DNA of 64,000 nt from NCBI GenBank assembly GCA_963779875.1, contig CAWAAI010000007.1:14599-78598 (forward strand). Reading direction: 5' to 3'. The DNA comes from an uncultured Alphaproteobacteria bacterium (lineage in GTDB: Bacteria > Pseudomonadota > Alphaproteobacteria > Acetobacterales > Acetobacteraceae). Under the pieces are notes generated by a model. The model had not been told where the DNA came from and ran no database searches. It saw only the letters and a program-made list of their open reading frames with translations. A program made the position numbers and the translations under genes. Numbering within the stretch: position 1 is the stretch's first letter; each line of letters opens with the position of its first letter. This document shows, piece after piece, positions 39,396 through 48,121 of this stretch.

Positions 39396-40379
39396 ATGGC
39401 CGGCCTGGAAATGGAGCGGCTCGACAGCTTCATGGCCCGGGCCAACGCCGCCTTCTATGCCGGTGCCGACCCACTGGCCGGCTTCGCCACCGCGCCCGGG
39501 ATCACGCAGGTGTTCGGCGAATTGCTGGGAGGCTGGGCCGTGGTGGTCTGGCAGGCGATGGGTTCGCCCGAGGACGCGATGCTGGTGGAGGCCGGGCCGG
39601 GCCGCGGCACGCTGATGGCCGACGCGCTGCGCCTGGTGGTCCGCGCCGCGCCCGCGCTGGCCGCGCGCGTGCATCTGGTGGAGACCTCGCCGTCGCTGCG
39701 CGCGATGCAGGCGGCGCGCGTGCCTGGTGCCGCCTGGCACCAACGGCTGGAGGACGTGCCGCCGGGCCCCGCGCTCGTGCTGGCCAATGAATTCCTTGAC
39801 GCCTTGCCGATCCGCCAGTTCGTGCGCCGAGGGCCCGGCTGGGTGGAGCGGTTCGTCGCGGCAGGCGCCTTCGTCGAGCAGCCATGCGCCGCGCCACCCA
39901 CGATCGATGCGCCTGACGGGGCGGTGGTGGAGCTTGGCGAGGCCGCGCGCGCCGTGGTGGGACACCTGGCGGCGCGCATCGTGGCCCAGGGCGGGGCAGT
40001 GCTGCTGGTTGATTATGGCCCGGAGCACTCTGCCCCAGGGGACAGCCTGCAGGCGTTGCGCGACGGCAAGCCGGCCGATCCGCTGGCCGATCCCGGACGG
40101 GCCGACCTTACCGCCCATGTCGATTTCCAGGCCCTGGCCGCGGTGGCGCGACAAGCGGGGGCGGAAGTGCAAGGGCCAGTGCCGCAAGGGGTGTTCCTGA
40201 CGCGGCTGGGGCTGTACCAACGCACGGGCGTGCTGGCGCGCACCCAGCCTGCCGCGCGGGCCCACGCCCTGTTCGATGCCGCCGCCCGGCTGGCCGAGCC
40301 GCACCGGATGGGCCGGCTGTTCAAGGCCATGGCGGTTTGCCACCCTGGCCTGCCCCTCCTGCCGGGATTTGCCGAATGA
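39396..40379 (+). CDS. class I SAM-dependent methyltransferase, MidA/NDUFAF7 (DUF185) family
   Basis: FATAPGITQVFGELLG.., LVEAGPGRGTLMAD, LANEFLDALPIRQF, DYG...DLTAHVDF. Conserved lgt-MidA-pgeF synteny. Confidence 0.8.
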   Translation: MAGLEMERLDSFMARANAAFYAGADPLAGFATAPGITQVFGELLGGWAVVVWQAMGSPEDAMLVEAGPGRGTLMADALRLVVRAAPALAARVHLVETSPSLRAMQAARVPGAAWHQRLEDVPPGPALVLANEFLDALPIRQFVRRGPGWVERFVAAGAFVEQPCAAPPTIDAPDGAVVELGEAARAVVGHLAARIVAQGGAVLLVDYGPEHSAPGDSLQALRDGKPADPLADPGRADLTAHVDFQALAAVARQAGAEVQGPVPQGVFLTRLGLYQRTGVLARTQPAARAHALFDAAARLAEPHRMGRLFKAMAVCHPGLPLLPGFAE

Positions 40380-41140
40380 CCGAGGCCGAATTCGTCACCG
40401 CGCCCAGCCTGCCTGCCCGCCACGGCTTCTTCACACGCCGCGGCGGCGTGTCGCAGGGGCCCTATGCCAGCCTGAATTGCGCGCTGGCGGGCCAGGACGC
40501 GCGCGATTCGATCCTGGAGAACCGCGCCCGTGCCGCCCGCGCCGTGGGGGCCGATCCCGCCCGGCTCGTCGGGCTGACCCAGGTGCATGGCATCGAGGTG
40601 GCGCGGGTGGACGAGCCATGGCTGCCGGGCCAGGGACCGCGCGCCGACGCGGCGGTGACCGACCGGCCGGGCATTGCCATCGGCATCGTCACCGCCGACT
40701 GCGCCCCGGTGCTGTTCGCCGATGCCGAGGCGGGCGTGGTGGGCGGTGCGCATGCCGGCTGGCGCGGCGCGGTGGCTGGAGTTGTGGAGGCGACGCTGGC
40801 GGCCATGGAGGCGCTGGGCGCGCGGCGGACACGCATCGCGGTGGCCGTCGGCCCGTGCATCGGCCAGGCCAGCTATGAGGTGGCGGCCGATCTGCGCGAC
40901 GCGGTGCTGGCGCACGACGCGGCCGACGCGCGCTTCTTCACCGACGGGCAGCGGCCAGGGCATTGGCAGTTCGACCTGGCGGGCTATTGCGCCCGGCGCG
41001 CGCGCGATGCCGGGGTGGGCGTGGTGGAGGTGCTCGGGCTCGACACGCTGGCACTTGAGGAGAAATTCTTCAGCCATCGCCGGCGCACTCTGGCCGGGGG
41101 CGGTCCGATAGGGCACCAGATGTCGGTGGTCACGCTGTAG
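40376..41140 (+). CDS. pgeF: peptidoglycan editing factor PgeF (YfiH / laccase-domain family)
   Basis: HGFFTRRGGVS.GPYASLN, LTQVHG, DAAVTDRPG, TADCAPVLF, HAGWRG, SYEV, SHRR. The ATG overlaps the upstream TGA. Confidence 0.85.
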   Translation: MTEAEFVTAPSLPARHGFFTRRGGVSQGPYASLNCALAGQDARDSILENRARAARAVGADPARLVGLTQVHGIEVARVDEPWLPGQGPRADAAVTDRPGIAIGIVTADCAPVLFADAEAGVVGGAHAGWRGAVAGVVEATLAAMEALGARRTRIAVAVGPCIGQASYEVAADLRDAVLAHDAADARFFTDGQRPGHWQFDLAGYCARRARDAGVGVVEVLGLDTLALEEKFFSHRRRTLAGGGPIGHQMSVVTL

Positions 41141-41149
41141 GATCGCCTG

Positions 41150-41218
41150 ATGCCTTATCTGTGGATGTTCTTCGTGATGATGGTGGTGGCGACGCTGGTG
41201 TCCTGTGTCCTGGTATAG
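41150..41218 (+). CDS. candidate 22-aa hydrophobic small protein (MPYLWMFFVMMVVATLVSCVLV)
   Basis: ATG preceded by TAGGAT at SD distance. The whole peptide is a single TM-like helix. Its stop is 1-4 nt before the likely start of the downstream lipoprotein gene. It is below the ORF-track size cut-off, and there is no homology evidence. Confidence 0.3.
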   Translation: MPYLWMFFVMMVVATLVSCVLV

Positions 41219-41219
41219 C

Positions 41220-42110
41220 TTGGTGCGGCTGCCTTTTCTGCTGGCGGCGCTGTTGCTGGCGGTTCTGCCGGCGGCGTGCGGCAGCCTGCCGCGGCCGTTC
41301 GAGGGACGGCCCGGCGCCACCGCCATGCGCCTGGCCCAGCCGCCGCCTGCACGCCTGTCCATCGCGCCGCCCGGCGCCGCATGGCTCGGCGATGCCGCTG
41401 CCGTGCAGTACGCCGGCGCCGTGGCCGAGGCGATGCAGGAGCAGGCGCTGCCGGCGGTGGTAGGCGCGGCGCACCCTGGGGATTGGCGCCTCGAACTTAC
41501 GGCGGACCTGCGCGACGGGATGGTGGTGCCAAACTTTCGCGTGCGCGATCCCGCCGGCGCCGAACGCGGCAGCACGGCCGCCGCCGCGGTGCCGGCCGCC
41601 GACTGGGCCGCGGCTGCCCCTGAAACCCTGCAGCGGGCCGGCCGGGAGGCGGCCCCCGTGATCGCCGCCCTGCTGACCGACATCGAGGCGGCACGGCGCG
41701 AAGCCGACCCGGACAGCCTGGTGAACCGGGCGGTGCGCGTGCACCTCAAGCCGGTGACCGGGGCGCCCGGCGACGGCAACGCTTCCCTCGCCCGGCACAT
41801 GCGCGAGGAACTGGCGAAGCTGGGCCTGAAGGTGCTGGACGCGCCGCAGAGCCCTGATTTCACCCTGACCGGCGAGGTGCAGGTTGCAAGCATGCCGGGC
41901 AACCAGCAGCGCGTGGAAATCCGCTGGAAGGTGGACAACGCACGCGGTGCCGAGGCCGGCCAGGTGGTGCAACTCAACCAGGTGCCGGCGGGCACTCTGT
42001 CGGGCCTGTGGGCGGATGTAGCGCTGGTGGTGGCGCAGGAGGCGGCGGGCGGCGTGCGCGATGTGATCCGCAACCAGACCGGCACCCGGCGCGATGCGGC
42101 GGTGCCGTGA
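41220..42110 (+). CDS. hypothetical lipoprotein
   Basis: Leader VRLPFLLAALLLAVLPAACGS (lipobox-like AAC). No family recognised. The start could be TTG 41220, GTG 41223 or GTG 41205. Confidence 0.55.
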   Translation: MVRLPFLLAALLLAVLPAACGSLPRPFEGRPGATAMRLAQPPPARLSIAPPGAAWLGDAAAVQYAGAVAEAMQEQALPAVVGAAHPGDWRLELTADLRDGMVVPNFRVRDPAGAERGSTAAAAVPAADWAAAAPETLQRAGREAAPVIAALLTDIEAARREADPDSLVNRAVRVHLKPVTGAPGDGNASLARHMREELAKLGLKVLDAPQSPDFTLTGEVQVASMPGNQQRVEIRWKVDNARGAEAGQVVQLNQVPAGTLSGLWADVALVVAQEAAGGVRDVIRNQTGTRRDAAVP

Positions 42111-42302
42111 ATGCGTGCCGCAGCGGCGGCGCGCGGGACACCGCCCGTTGGACACCCGAGGGCCGGATTGCTAGAACGCCCGCGCCCGCAGCGCTTCCGC
42201 CCATCTTGCTGAACACCCCGCCTCGTTGAAAACCATGCCCGCCGCGTTCGCACCGCTGCCGCGTTGGCGCCGGTCCGGATCGCCCCATCTGGATCGAAGC
42301 CG

Positions 42303-43238
42303 ATGAAGATTATTGCCTGCAACAGCAACCGACCGTTGGCCGAGGCGGTGGCCGCGGCGCTCGGACTGCCGCTGACGCGGGCCTCGGTCCGCCGGTTCGC
42401 CGACATGGAGGTGTTCTTCGAGATCCATGAGAACATCCGCGGCCAGGATGTCTTCGTGGTGCAGAGCACGTGCTATCCCGCCAACGACAACCTGATGGAA
42501 CTGCTGATCACCTGGACGCTCTGCGCCGCGCTTCGGCCGCGGCGCATCACCGCGGTGATCCCGTATTTCGGCTACGCCCGGCAGGACCGCAAGATGCGGC
42601 AGCCGCACGCCGATCAGTGCCAAGCTGGTGGCCAACCTGATCATCGAGGCCGGCGCCAACCGCGTGCTGACGATGGACCTGCATGCCGGCGCAGATCCAG
42701 GGCTTTTTCGACATCCCGGTGGACAACCTGTAAGCCGCCCCGCTGTTCGCCCGCGACATCAAGGAGCGCTATGCCGGGCGCAACGTGATGATCGTCTCGC
42801 CCGACGTGGGCGGCGTGGTGCGGGCGCGGGCGATCGCCACCCGGATGGGCTGCGACCTCGCCATCATCGACAAGCGGCGCCCGGCGGCTGGGGTGTCGGA
42901 GGTGATGAACGTGATCGGCGAGGTCGAGGGGCGCGACTGCATCCTGGTGGACGACATCGTCGATTCCGGCGGCACGCTGGTGAACGCAGCGAAGGCGCTG
43001 ATCGACAATGGCGCCAAGTCGGCCAGCGTGTACGTGACGCACGGCGTGCTGTCGGGCGGAGCGGTGGCGCGTGTCGCCTCCGCGCCCGATCGAGATGATG
43101 ATGGTCACCGACAGCATCCTGGCCACCGAAGCGGTGCGGCTGGCCAGCAACGTGAAGCAGCTGACCATCGCCCCACTGCTGGCCGACGCCATGGACCGCA
43201 TCCACGGCGAAAAGTCGGTCAGCTCGCTGTTCGATTGA
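42303..43238 (+). pseudogene. prs: ribose-phosphate pyrophosphokinase (PRPP synthetase), multiply frame-disrupted
   Basis: All conserved Prs blocks are present and collinear but spread over three frames: [14 protein letters not shown] / LDALRRASA / [17 protein letters not shown] / [29 protein letters not shown] / [44 protein letters not shown] / [17 protein letters not shown]. The in-frame TAA is at 42731-42733. Confidence 0.75.
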
Positions 43239-43251
43239 AGGAACCACGCAA

Positions 43252-43815
43252 GTGTCCAGCACCTTGGCGACCCTGACCCAGCAGCGCTTCTGGTTCCTGC
43301 GCCACGGCGAGACCGACTGGAACGCCCAGGGGCTCAGCCAGGGCAACGTGGACATTCCGCTGAACGCCAACGGCATCGCCCAGGCACATGCCGCCGCCCC
43401 GATGCTGCGCGACCGCGGCATCGCCACCATCGTCGCCTCGCCGCTTTCGCGGGCCCGCGACACCGCGCAGGTGGTGGCCGACCTGCTGGGACTGCCGGTG
43501 CAGATCGACGAAGGGCTGCGCGAGACCGCCTTCGGTGCCCAGGAAGGCAAGCCGATGGTGGAGTGGTTCACCCGCTGGGTGGAGGGCACCTACACGCCTG
43601 ACGACGCCGAAAGCTTCTTCGACCTGCGCGCCCGCGCCACCGCGGCCGTCAACCGGGCGCTGGCGCGGCCGGGCATGGTGCTGGTGGTGGCCCATGGCGC
43701 GCTGTTCCGCGCCCTACGCGCCGAAATGGGGCTGGAGCCGAACGTGCGCACGCGCAACGCCTGGCCGATGCTGTGCGAGCCGGGCGATCCCTGGTCGCTG
43801 ATCGACGCCGCGTAG
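43252..43815 (+). CDS. histidine phosphatase family protein (phosphoglycerate mutase-like)
   Basis: [12 protein letters not shown] catalytic RHG motif, [10 protein letters not shown], and a C-terminal VVAHGALFR block. The start is GTG. Confidence 0.8.
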   Translation: MSSTLATLTQQRFWFLRHGETDWNAQGLSQGNVDIPLNANGIAQAHAAAPMLRDRGIATIVASPLSRARDTAQVVADLLGLPVQIDEGLRETAFGAQEGKPMVEWFTRWVEGTYTPDDAESFFDLRARATAAVNRALARPGMVLVVAHGALFRALRAEMGLEPNVRTRNAWPMLCEPGDPWSLIDAA

Positions 43816-43827
43816 AGGCCCGTCGAA

Positions 43828-43969
43828 GGTAGGGAAGAAGCGTTCTTTTTTGAAAAAAAGAACCAAAAAACTTTTATCCACTTGATCGTGCCGAACCGCC
43901 GGCTCAAAGCTAATGGATGAAGTCTTTTTGCTTCTTTTTCTTCAGAAAAAGAAGACTTCCTTCCCTACC
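43828..43969. repeat. inverted pair of the AT-rich palindromic repeat unit (MITE-like, ~142 bp)
   Basis: 43828-43883 (GGTAGGGAAGAAGCGTTCTTTTTTGAAAAAAAGAACCAAAAAACTTTTATCCACTT) aligns at roughly 80 percent (by eye) with the reverse complement of 43912-43969. The spacer is 28 nt. Each arm holds its own A/T hairpin. The pair lies between convergent genes. Confidence 0.75.
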
Positions 43970-43973
43970 CCTG

Positions 43974-44804
43974 TCACGCGGCCCAGCTTGACCGGCCCTG
44001 AATAGCCCAGCGCCCATCCTTCAGCGTCACGATGTACAACGAGCGGTAGCTGCCGATGGCCGAGCCGTCGGCGCGGTAGCGGGTGAACTGCACGCGGAAA
44101 TGCACTTTCTCCGCGCCGGCATCCACCACCTCCACATAATCCCACGCAGTGCGCGCCCAGCCTTCGGACTGGCCCTGGCGGCCCCATACGGCGCTGCGGA
44201 AGTCGCTCGGCGTCGCCATCACGGTGACGGTGTTGCTGTGGAAGCGCACATGCGGGAAGTGGAACCACCGGGTGCGCAGCGCCGCGGCGTCCTCGGCGTT
44301 GAACGCGGCCATGAAGCCGTCCATGGCGGCGTAGGCGGCACTGATTGCCGGGCCGGACTCCGCTTGGCCGGGCCAGATATACAGCAGGTCGGGCTCCCGC
44401 TCCTCGTTTCCGGCGCCGCCGGTGCTGCGGCTGATGATGAAGCCGTGATGCTCGTAGAAGGCGCGGGCGCGGGTGTTCGTCTGAAAGCACCAGAGCCGCA
44501 GCCCGGCTGGCCGCACTAACTTGGCGTGGGCGATCAGCGCGGAGCCGATGCCCTGGCGCCAGTGGTCCGGACGCAGGTAGAGCTGGTTCAGCCAGTCGTC
44601 GCGCACCGCCAGGAAGCCGAGGATGGTGCCGTCCTCCTCGGCCACCCACACTTCCTCCTCCGGCAGCAGCGTATTCGCGACCCAGGCGCGTTCCTCCTCC
44701 GTCGTGTGCGCCCATCGCACCGTCGGCATGGCGGCCCGGCGGGACGCGGTGCCGATCGCCGCGATCAGCTCGGCATCGGCAGCGGTGGCGCGGCGGATCA
44801 GCAT
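43974..44804 (-). CDS. GNAT N-acetyltransferase fused to an NTF2/SnoaL-like C-terminal domain
   Basis: The N-terminal half has the GNAT core (LYLRPDHWRQGIGSALI..FYEHHGF). The C-terminal ~120 aa (AAYAAMDGFMAAFNAEDAAAL...YIVTLKDGRWAIQGRS) looks like a DUF4440/NTF2 fold. ATG 44804. Confidence 0.65.
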   Translation of the reverse strand: MLIRRATAADAELIAAIGTASRRAAMPTVRWAHTTEEERAWVANTLLPEEEVWVAEEDGTILGFLAVRDDWLNQLYLRPDHWRQGIGSALIAHAKLVRPAGLRLWCFQTNTRARAFYEHHGFIISRSTGGAGNEEREPDLLYIWPGQAESGPAISAAYAAMDGFMAAFNAEDAAALRTRWFHFPHVRFHSNTVTVMATPSDFRSAVWGRQGQSEGWARTAWDYVEVVDAGAEKVHFRVQFTRYRADGSAIGSYRSLYIVTLKDGRWAIQGRSSWAA

Positions 44805-44833
44805 TGGCGCTCGCTCGTGGGGGCCCGGCGGGG

Positions 44834-46408
44834 TCAACGCTTCTCCACGCCCCAGAACACCGGGATTATGGTCTGGCGCAGGCCCACCACGTTGCTGCGA
44901 TAGGCGGCAAGGGTGCGGAACTGGCCGGCGTTGATGTAGGGCAGCACGTCGTAGGCGCGAGCGTGCACGGCGTCGAGCAGGCCGCGGCGCTTGGCTGCAT
45001 CGCCTTCCTCCCACCAGGACCTGCGCAGATCCTCCAGCTTCTGGTCGCAGGGCCAGCCGGCGAGGCCGCCGTTGCAGGGGCTGGCGAGGTAGAGGTTGGT
45101 CAGCGGCGATCCGCCGTCCAACACATTCGCCACGGTGACGAAGATGTTCCAGCCGCCCCGATCGACCGGGTCCTTCTTGTTGCGGCGCTGGGTCAGCGTC
45201 GCCCAGTCCATCGTCGCCACGTCCATGTTCAGCCCGGCCTTGCGGAAGGCTTCGGACATGGTCAGCGTGACAGCGTGGTTGATCGGGCTGTCGGCGGCGT
45301 CGAGGAACACCACCTTGCGGCCGTCATAGCCGGCTTCCTTCAGCAGCGCCTGGGCCTTGGCCACGTCGGCGGTGCGCAGGCCGCGCGCGCCGGCGGCGGT
45401 TTCCAGCGGCGAGCCGCACAGGAAGTAGGCCGGGCAGTACGGCACCTGCTCGCTGGGGCGGATGCCGGCGGCGTCGAGGTTCTCCTTCTGGTTGACCAGG
45501 TAGAGTAGCGCCTGCCGCGCCCGGGGGTCGTTGAAGGGCGGCTGGGTGTGGTTCAGGCGCAGCCACACCATTGAGCCCACCGGATTGAGGGCGAGGGTGC
45601 GGATGTTGGCATTGCGCTCCAGCACCGGCAGCAGGTCGGGGCTGGGCTGCTCGATCAGGTCGATCTCGCCGGCCTGCAGGGCGGCGGCCGCGGTGGCGGC
45701 GTCGGGCATGGCGCGCCACTCGATGCGCTCCAGCTTGGCCACCTTGCCGCCGGCCAGCCCGTCGGCCGGCTCGGGGCGCGGCTTGTAGGCGGGGTTGCGG
45801 ATGTAGATGGCGCGGTCACCGGCGCGCCACTGGTCCTTCTGGAAAATGAACGGCCCCGAGCCGGTGGGGTCGGTGAAGGCAGTGTTGGCAGGTGTGCTGG
45901 CCACCCGCTCGGGCATCACGAACAGGGCGCTGGCGGTGGGCCGGGCGAGCGCCTCGGTAACCAGGGCGAAGGGGCGGCTCAGCTTGATGGTGAAGGTCTT
46001 CTCGCCGGTCGCCTCCATGCTGGCCGTGGCGGCGGCAAGGGCCTTGCCCACCACGTCGCGCTGCGACCAGCGCTTCACCGAGGCGACCGCGTCGGCGGCG
46101 CGCACCGGCGTGCCGTCATGGAAGGCCAGGCCGTCGCGCAGGGTGAAGGAGTAGTTCATGCCGTCCGGCGAGACCGACCAGTCGCCGACCATCTGCGGCT
46201 TCGCCTCGCCCTTGCTGTCCAGCGCGAACAGCTGGTCGTAGTTCATGAAGCCGTGGTTGCGCACGAACGCGGCCGTGGAGACCACGGGGTCGAGGCTGGC
46301 GAGGTCGTTGACCAGCACGATGCGCAGGGTGGATTGCGCCGGCTGGGCCTGGGCGAGGCCGGGTAGCGCGAGCAGCGCGAAGGTGGCGAGGCGGAAAAGG
46401 CGGCGCAT
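44834..46408 (-). CDS. ABC transporter substrate-binding protein, family 5 (orphan)
   Basis: Sec leader MRRLFRLATFALLALPGLAQA, ~520 aa family-5 SBP architecture. No permease or ATPase gene is adjacent. Confidence 0.8.
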   Translation of the reverse strand: MRRLFRLATFALLALPGLAQAQPAQSTLRIVLVNDLASLDPVVSTAAFVRNHGFMNYDQLFALDSKGEAKPQMVGDWSVSPDGMNYSFTLRDGLAFHDGTPVRAADAVASVKRWSQRDVVGKALAAATASMEATGEKTFTIKLSRPFALVTEALARPTASALFVMPERVASTPANTAFTDPTGSGPFIFQKDQWRAGDRAIYIRNPAYKPRPEPADGLAGGKVAKLERIEWRAMPDAATAAAALQAGEIDLIEQPSPDLLPVLERNANIRTLALNPVGSMVWLRLNHTQPPFNDPRARQALLYLVNQKENLDAAGIRPSEQVPYCPAYFLCGSPLETAAGARGLRTADVAKAQALLKEAGYDGRKVVFLDAADSPINHAVTLTMSEAFRKAGLNMDVATMDWATLTQRRNKKDPVDRGGWNIFVTVANVLDGGSPLTNLYLASPCNGGLAGWPCDQKLEDLRRSWWEEGDAAKRRGLLDAVHARAYDVLPYINAGQFRTLAAYRSNVVGLRQTIIPVFWGVEKR

Positions 46409-46444
46409 GGTCGTTTCCCTCTTGGTGGCCGGGCGGGCGAATGA

Positions 46445-48121
46445 TTACACCATCGCACCCGGCAGGCCCTCGGTATAGATCGCCTCCAGCGCCGCGCACA
46501 GGCCGGCGCTGTTGCATGCCGGGCTGGCCGCCAGCCGGGCCCGCATGCTGGTGCGCAGGGCGGCCAGCATGGCGGGCGTCGCGGGATCCCGCAGCAACCC
46601 GACGCCATCGGCAACGAAACCCGGGATGCCCGGCGCCACCCACTCCCCAAGCCCCGCGGCCAGCAGCAGCGAGCGGCTGGTGCGCCCGGCCCAGCGGTCG
46701 CCGATGCAGGTGAGCACCGGCACGCCCTGCCACAGCGCCTCGGTGGTGGTGGTGCCGCCGTTGTAGGGAAAGGTGTCGAGCGCGATGTCGACGCGGTCGT
46801 AGCCGCGCAGGAAGTCGAAATGTTCGGCTCGTCCGGCGGTGGTGACGCGGGCCTCCGCCACGCCGCGCGCGGCGAGGCGGGCGAGCAGGTCGGCGCGGTT
46901 CGACGCCTCGTCCAGCGTGGGATTGGCGACATGCAGCCGCGCCTGCGGCACCTTGCGCAGGATGGCCGCCCAGGCATCGAGCGTGCCGGGCGTGAGCTTG
47001 TAGGCCGAGCCGAGGCACCCCAGCGTCGGGAAGCCGTTCGCCCGCCACGGCGATGGCGCGACCGGGGGCGTGGGGTAGGGCACCTGGAAGGCGAGGTAGC
47101 TGCCCGGCACACGGCGGATGCGCTCGCTGTGGAACCGCTCCTCCTCCGGCAGGACGCTGGCGGCGTCGCCCACCAGCAGGTCCATGCCAGGCACGCCGGT
47201 GGTGGCGAACATGTTGAACCATCCGAGTTGCAGGCGGGCGGGGCGATGCGGGAACAGGCCTAGCCGGTTGGGCAGGCTGTAGCCGTTGAGGTCCACCAGC
47301 ACGTCGATCCCGGCCTCGGCGATGGTGCGGGCCAGCGCGCCGTTGGGCATGCCGCGCACCTGCCAGATCCAGTCGTCGGCGTGCTCCGCGTATCCGCTGG
47401 CGGCGGCGGGATCGTCGCCGTCGGAGATCAGATGCAACTCGAACCGGGCGCGGTCGTGCCGGTTGATTACCCCGAACACCGGTTTCATCCAGTTGCGTGC
47501 GCCGAAGAAGGCCGAGAGGTAGGCCAGCCGCACCGGCCGGCCCTGGGGTGGCGGGCGGTGGGGCAGGGGAGTGATGGCCGCGGCGGCGCGGCTGGCCCAG
47601 GCGGTGCGCGCCTGGAGCACTGTCTCATGGTCGGCGGCTGGGCTGCCGGGGACCAGCACGGCGAGGCTCATAAGCGCGGCGTCGCGCACCTCGGGCGCAC
47701 CCTCGGCGATGGCGATGCGGTACTGCGCCGCGGCGGCGTCCACCTCGCCCACGCCGAACAGCGCCTCGGCCAGGGCGCAACGGGCACCATGCGCCACGGG
47801 CTGCAAGGCCATCGCCCGCAGCAGCGCGTCGCGCGCCGTGGCGAAGGCGCCCCGGCCAAGCTCGGCGCCGCCCAGACCGTACCAGGCCTCGAACTGCGTC
47901 GCGTCGAGGTCGAGCGCCTGGCGATAGGCGGCGACGGCCTCGCCGGTGCGGCGCAGCAGGTTCAGCGCGTCGGCGCGACGGGTGGCGAGCGCGGCATGGC
48001 GCGGATGGCGCCGCAGCGCCACCTCCAGCCGCGCCAGCATCGCCTCGTTGGGTCCTTGCGCCAGCGCCTGGGTAGCAGCCCGCACCAGCGCGTCCGCGTC
48101 CTCCTGCGGGTCCATCGTCAT
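46445..48121 (-). CDS. TPR-repeat protein fused to a GT41-like (O-GlcNAc-transferase/SPINDLY-type) glycosyltransferase domain
   Basis: The N-terminal ~200 aa are TPR-like (AVAAYRQALDLDATQFEAWYGLGGAELGRG..). The C-terminal part has LAYLSAFFGARNWMKPVFGVINRHDR, GIDVLVDLNGYS, LDTFPYNGGTTTTEALWQGVPVLT. ATG 48121. Confidence 0.75.
   Translation of the reverse strand: MTMDPQEDADALVRAATQALAQGPNEAMLARLEVALRRHPRHAALATRRADALNLLRRTGEAVAAYRQALDLDATQFEAWYGLGGAELGRGAFATARDALLRAMALQPVAHGARCALAEALFGVGEVDAAAAQYRIAIAEGAPEVRDAALMSLAVLVPGSPAADHETVLQARTAWASRAAAAITPLPHRPPPQGRPVRLAYLSAFFGARNWMKPVFGVINRHDRARFELHLISDGDDPAAASGYAEHADDWIWQVRGMPNGALARTIAEAGIDVLVDLNGYSLPNRLGLFPHRPARLQLGWFNMFATTGVPGMDLLVGDAASVLPEEERFHSERIRRVPGSYLAFQVPYPTPPVAPSPWRANGFPTLGCLGSAYKLTPGTLDAWAAILRKVPQARLHVANPTLDEASNRADLLARLAARGVAEARVTTAGRAEHFDFLRGYDRVDIALDTFPYNGGTTTTEALWQGVPVLTCIGDRWAGRTSRSLLLAAGLGEWVAPGIPGFVADGVGLLRDPATPAMLAALRTSMRARLAASPACNSAGLCAALEAIYTEGLPGAMV

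Noticed and set aside
42303-43238. Programmed ribosomal frameshifting or recoding as an explanation for the prs frame changes.
   Set aside because: Five independent shifts of both signs plus a TAA in one essential enzyme gene would be needed. None has a slippery heptamer or stimulatory structure at the sites. That is not compatible with any known recoding mechanism; mutation or sequence error is far more likely.
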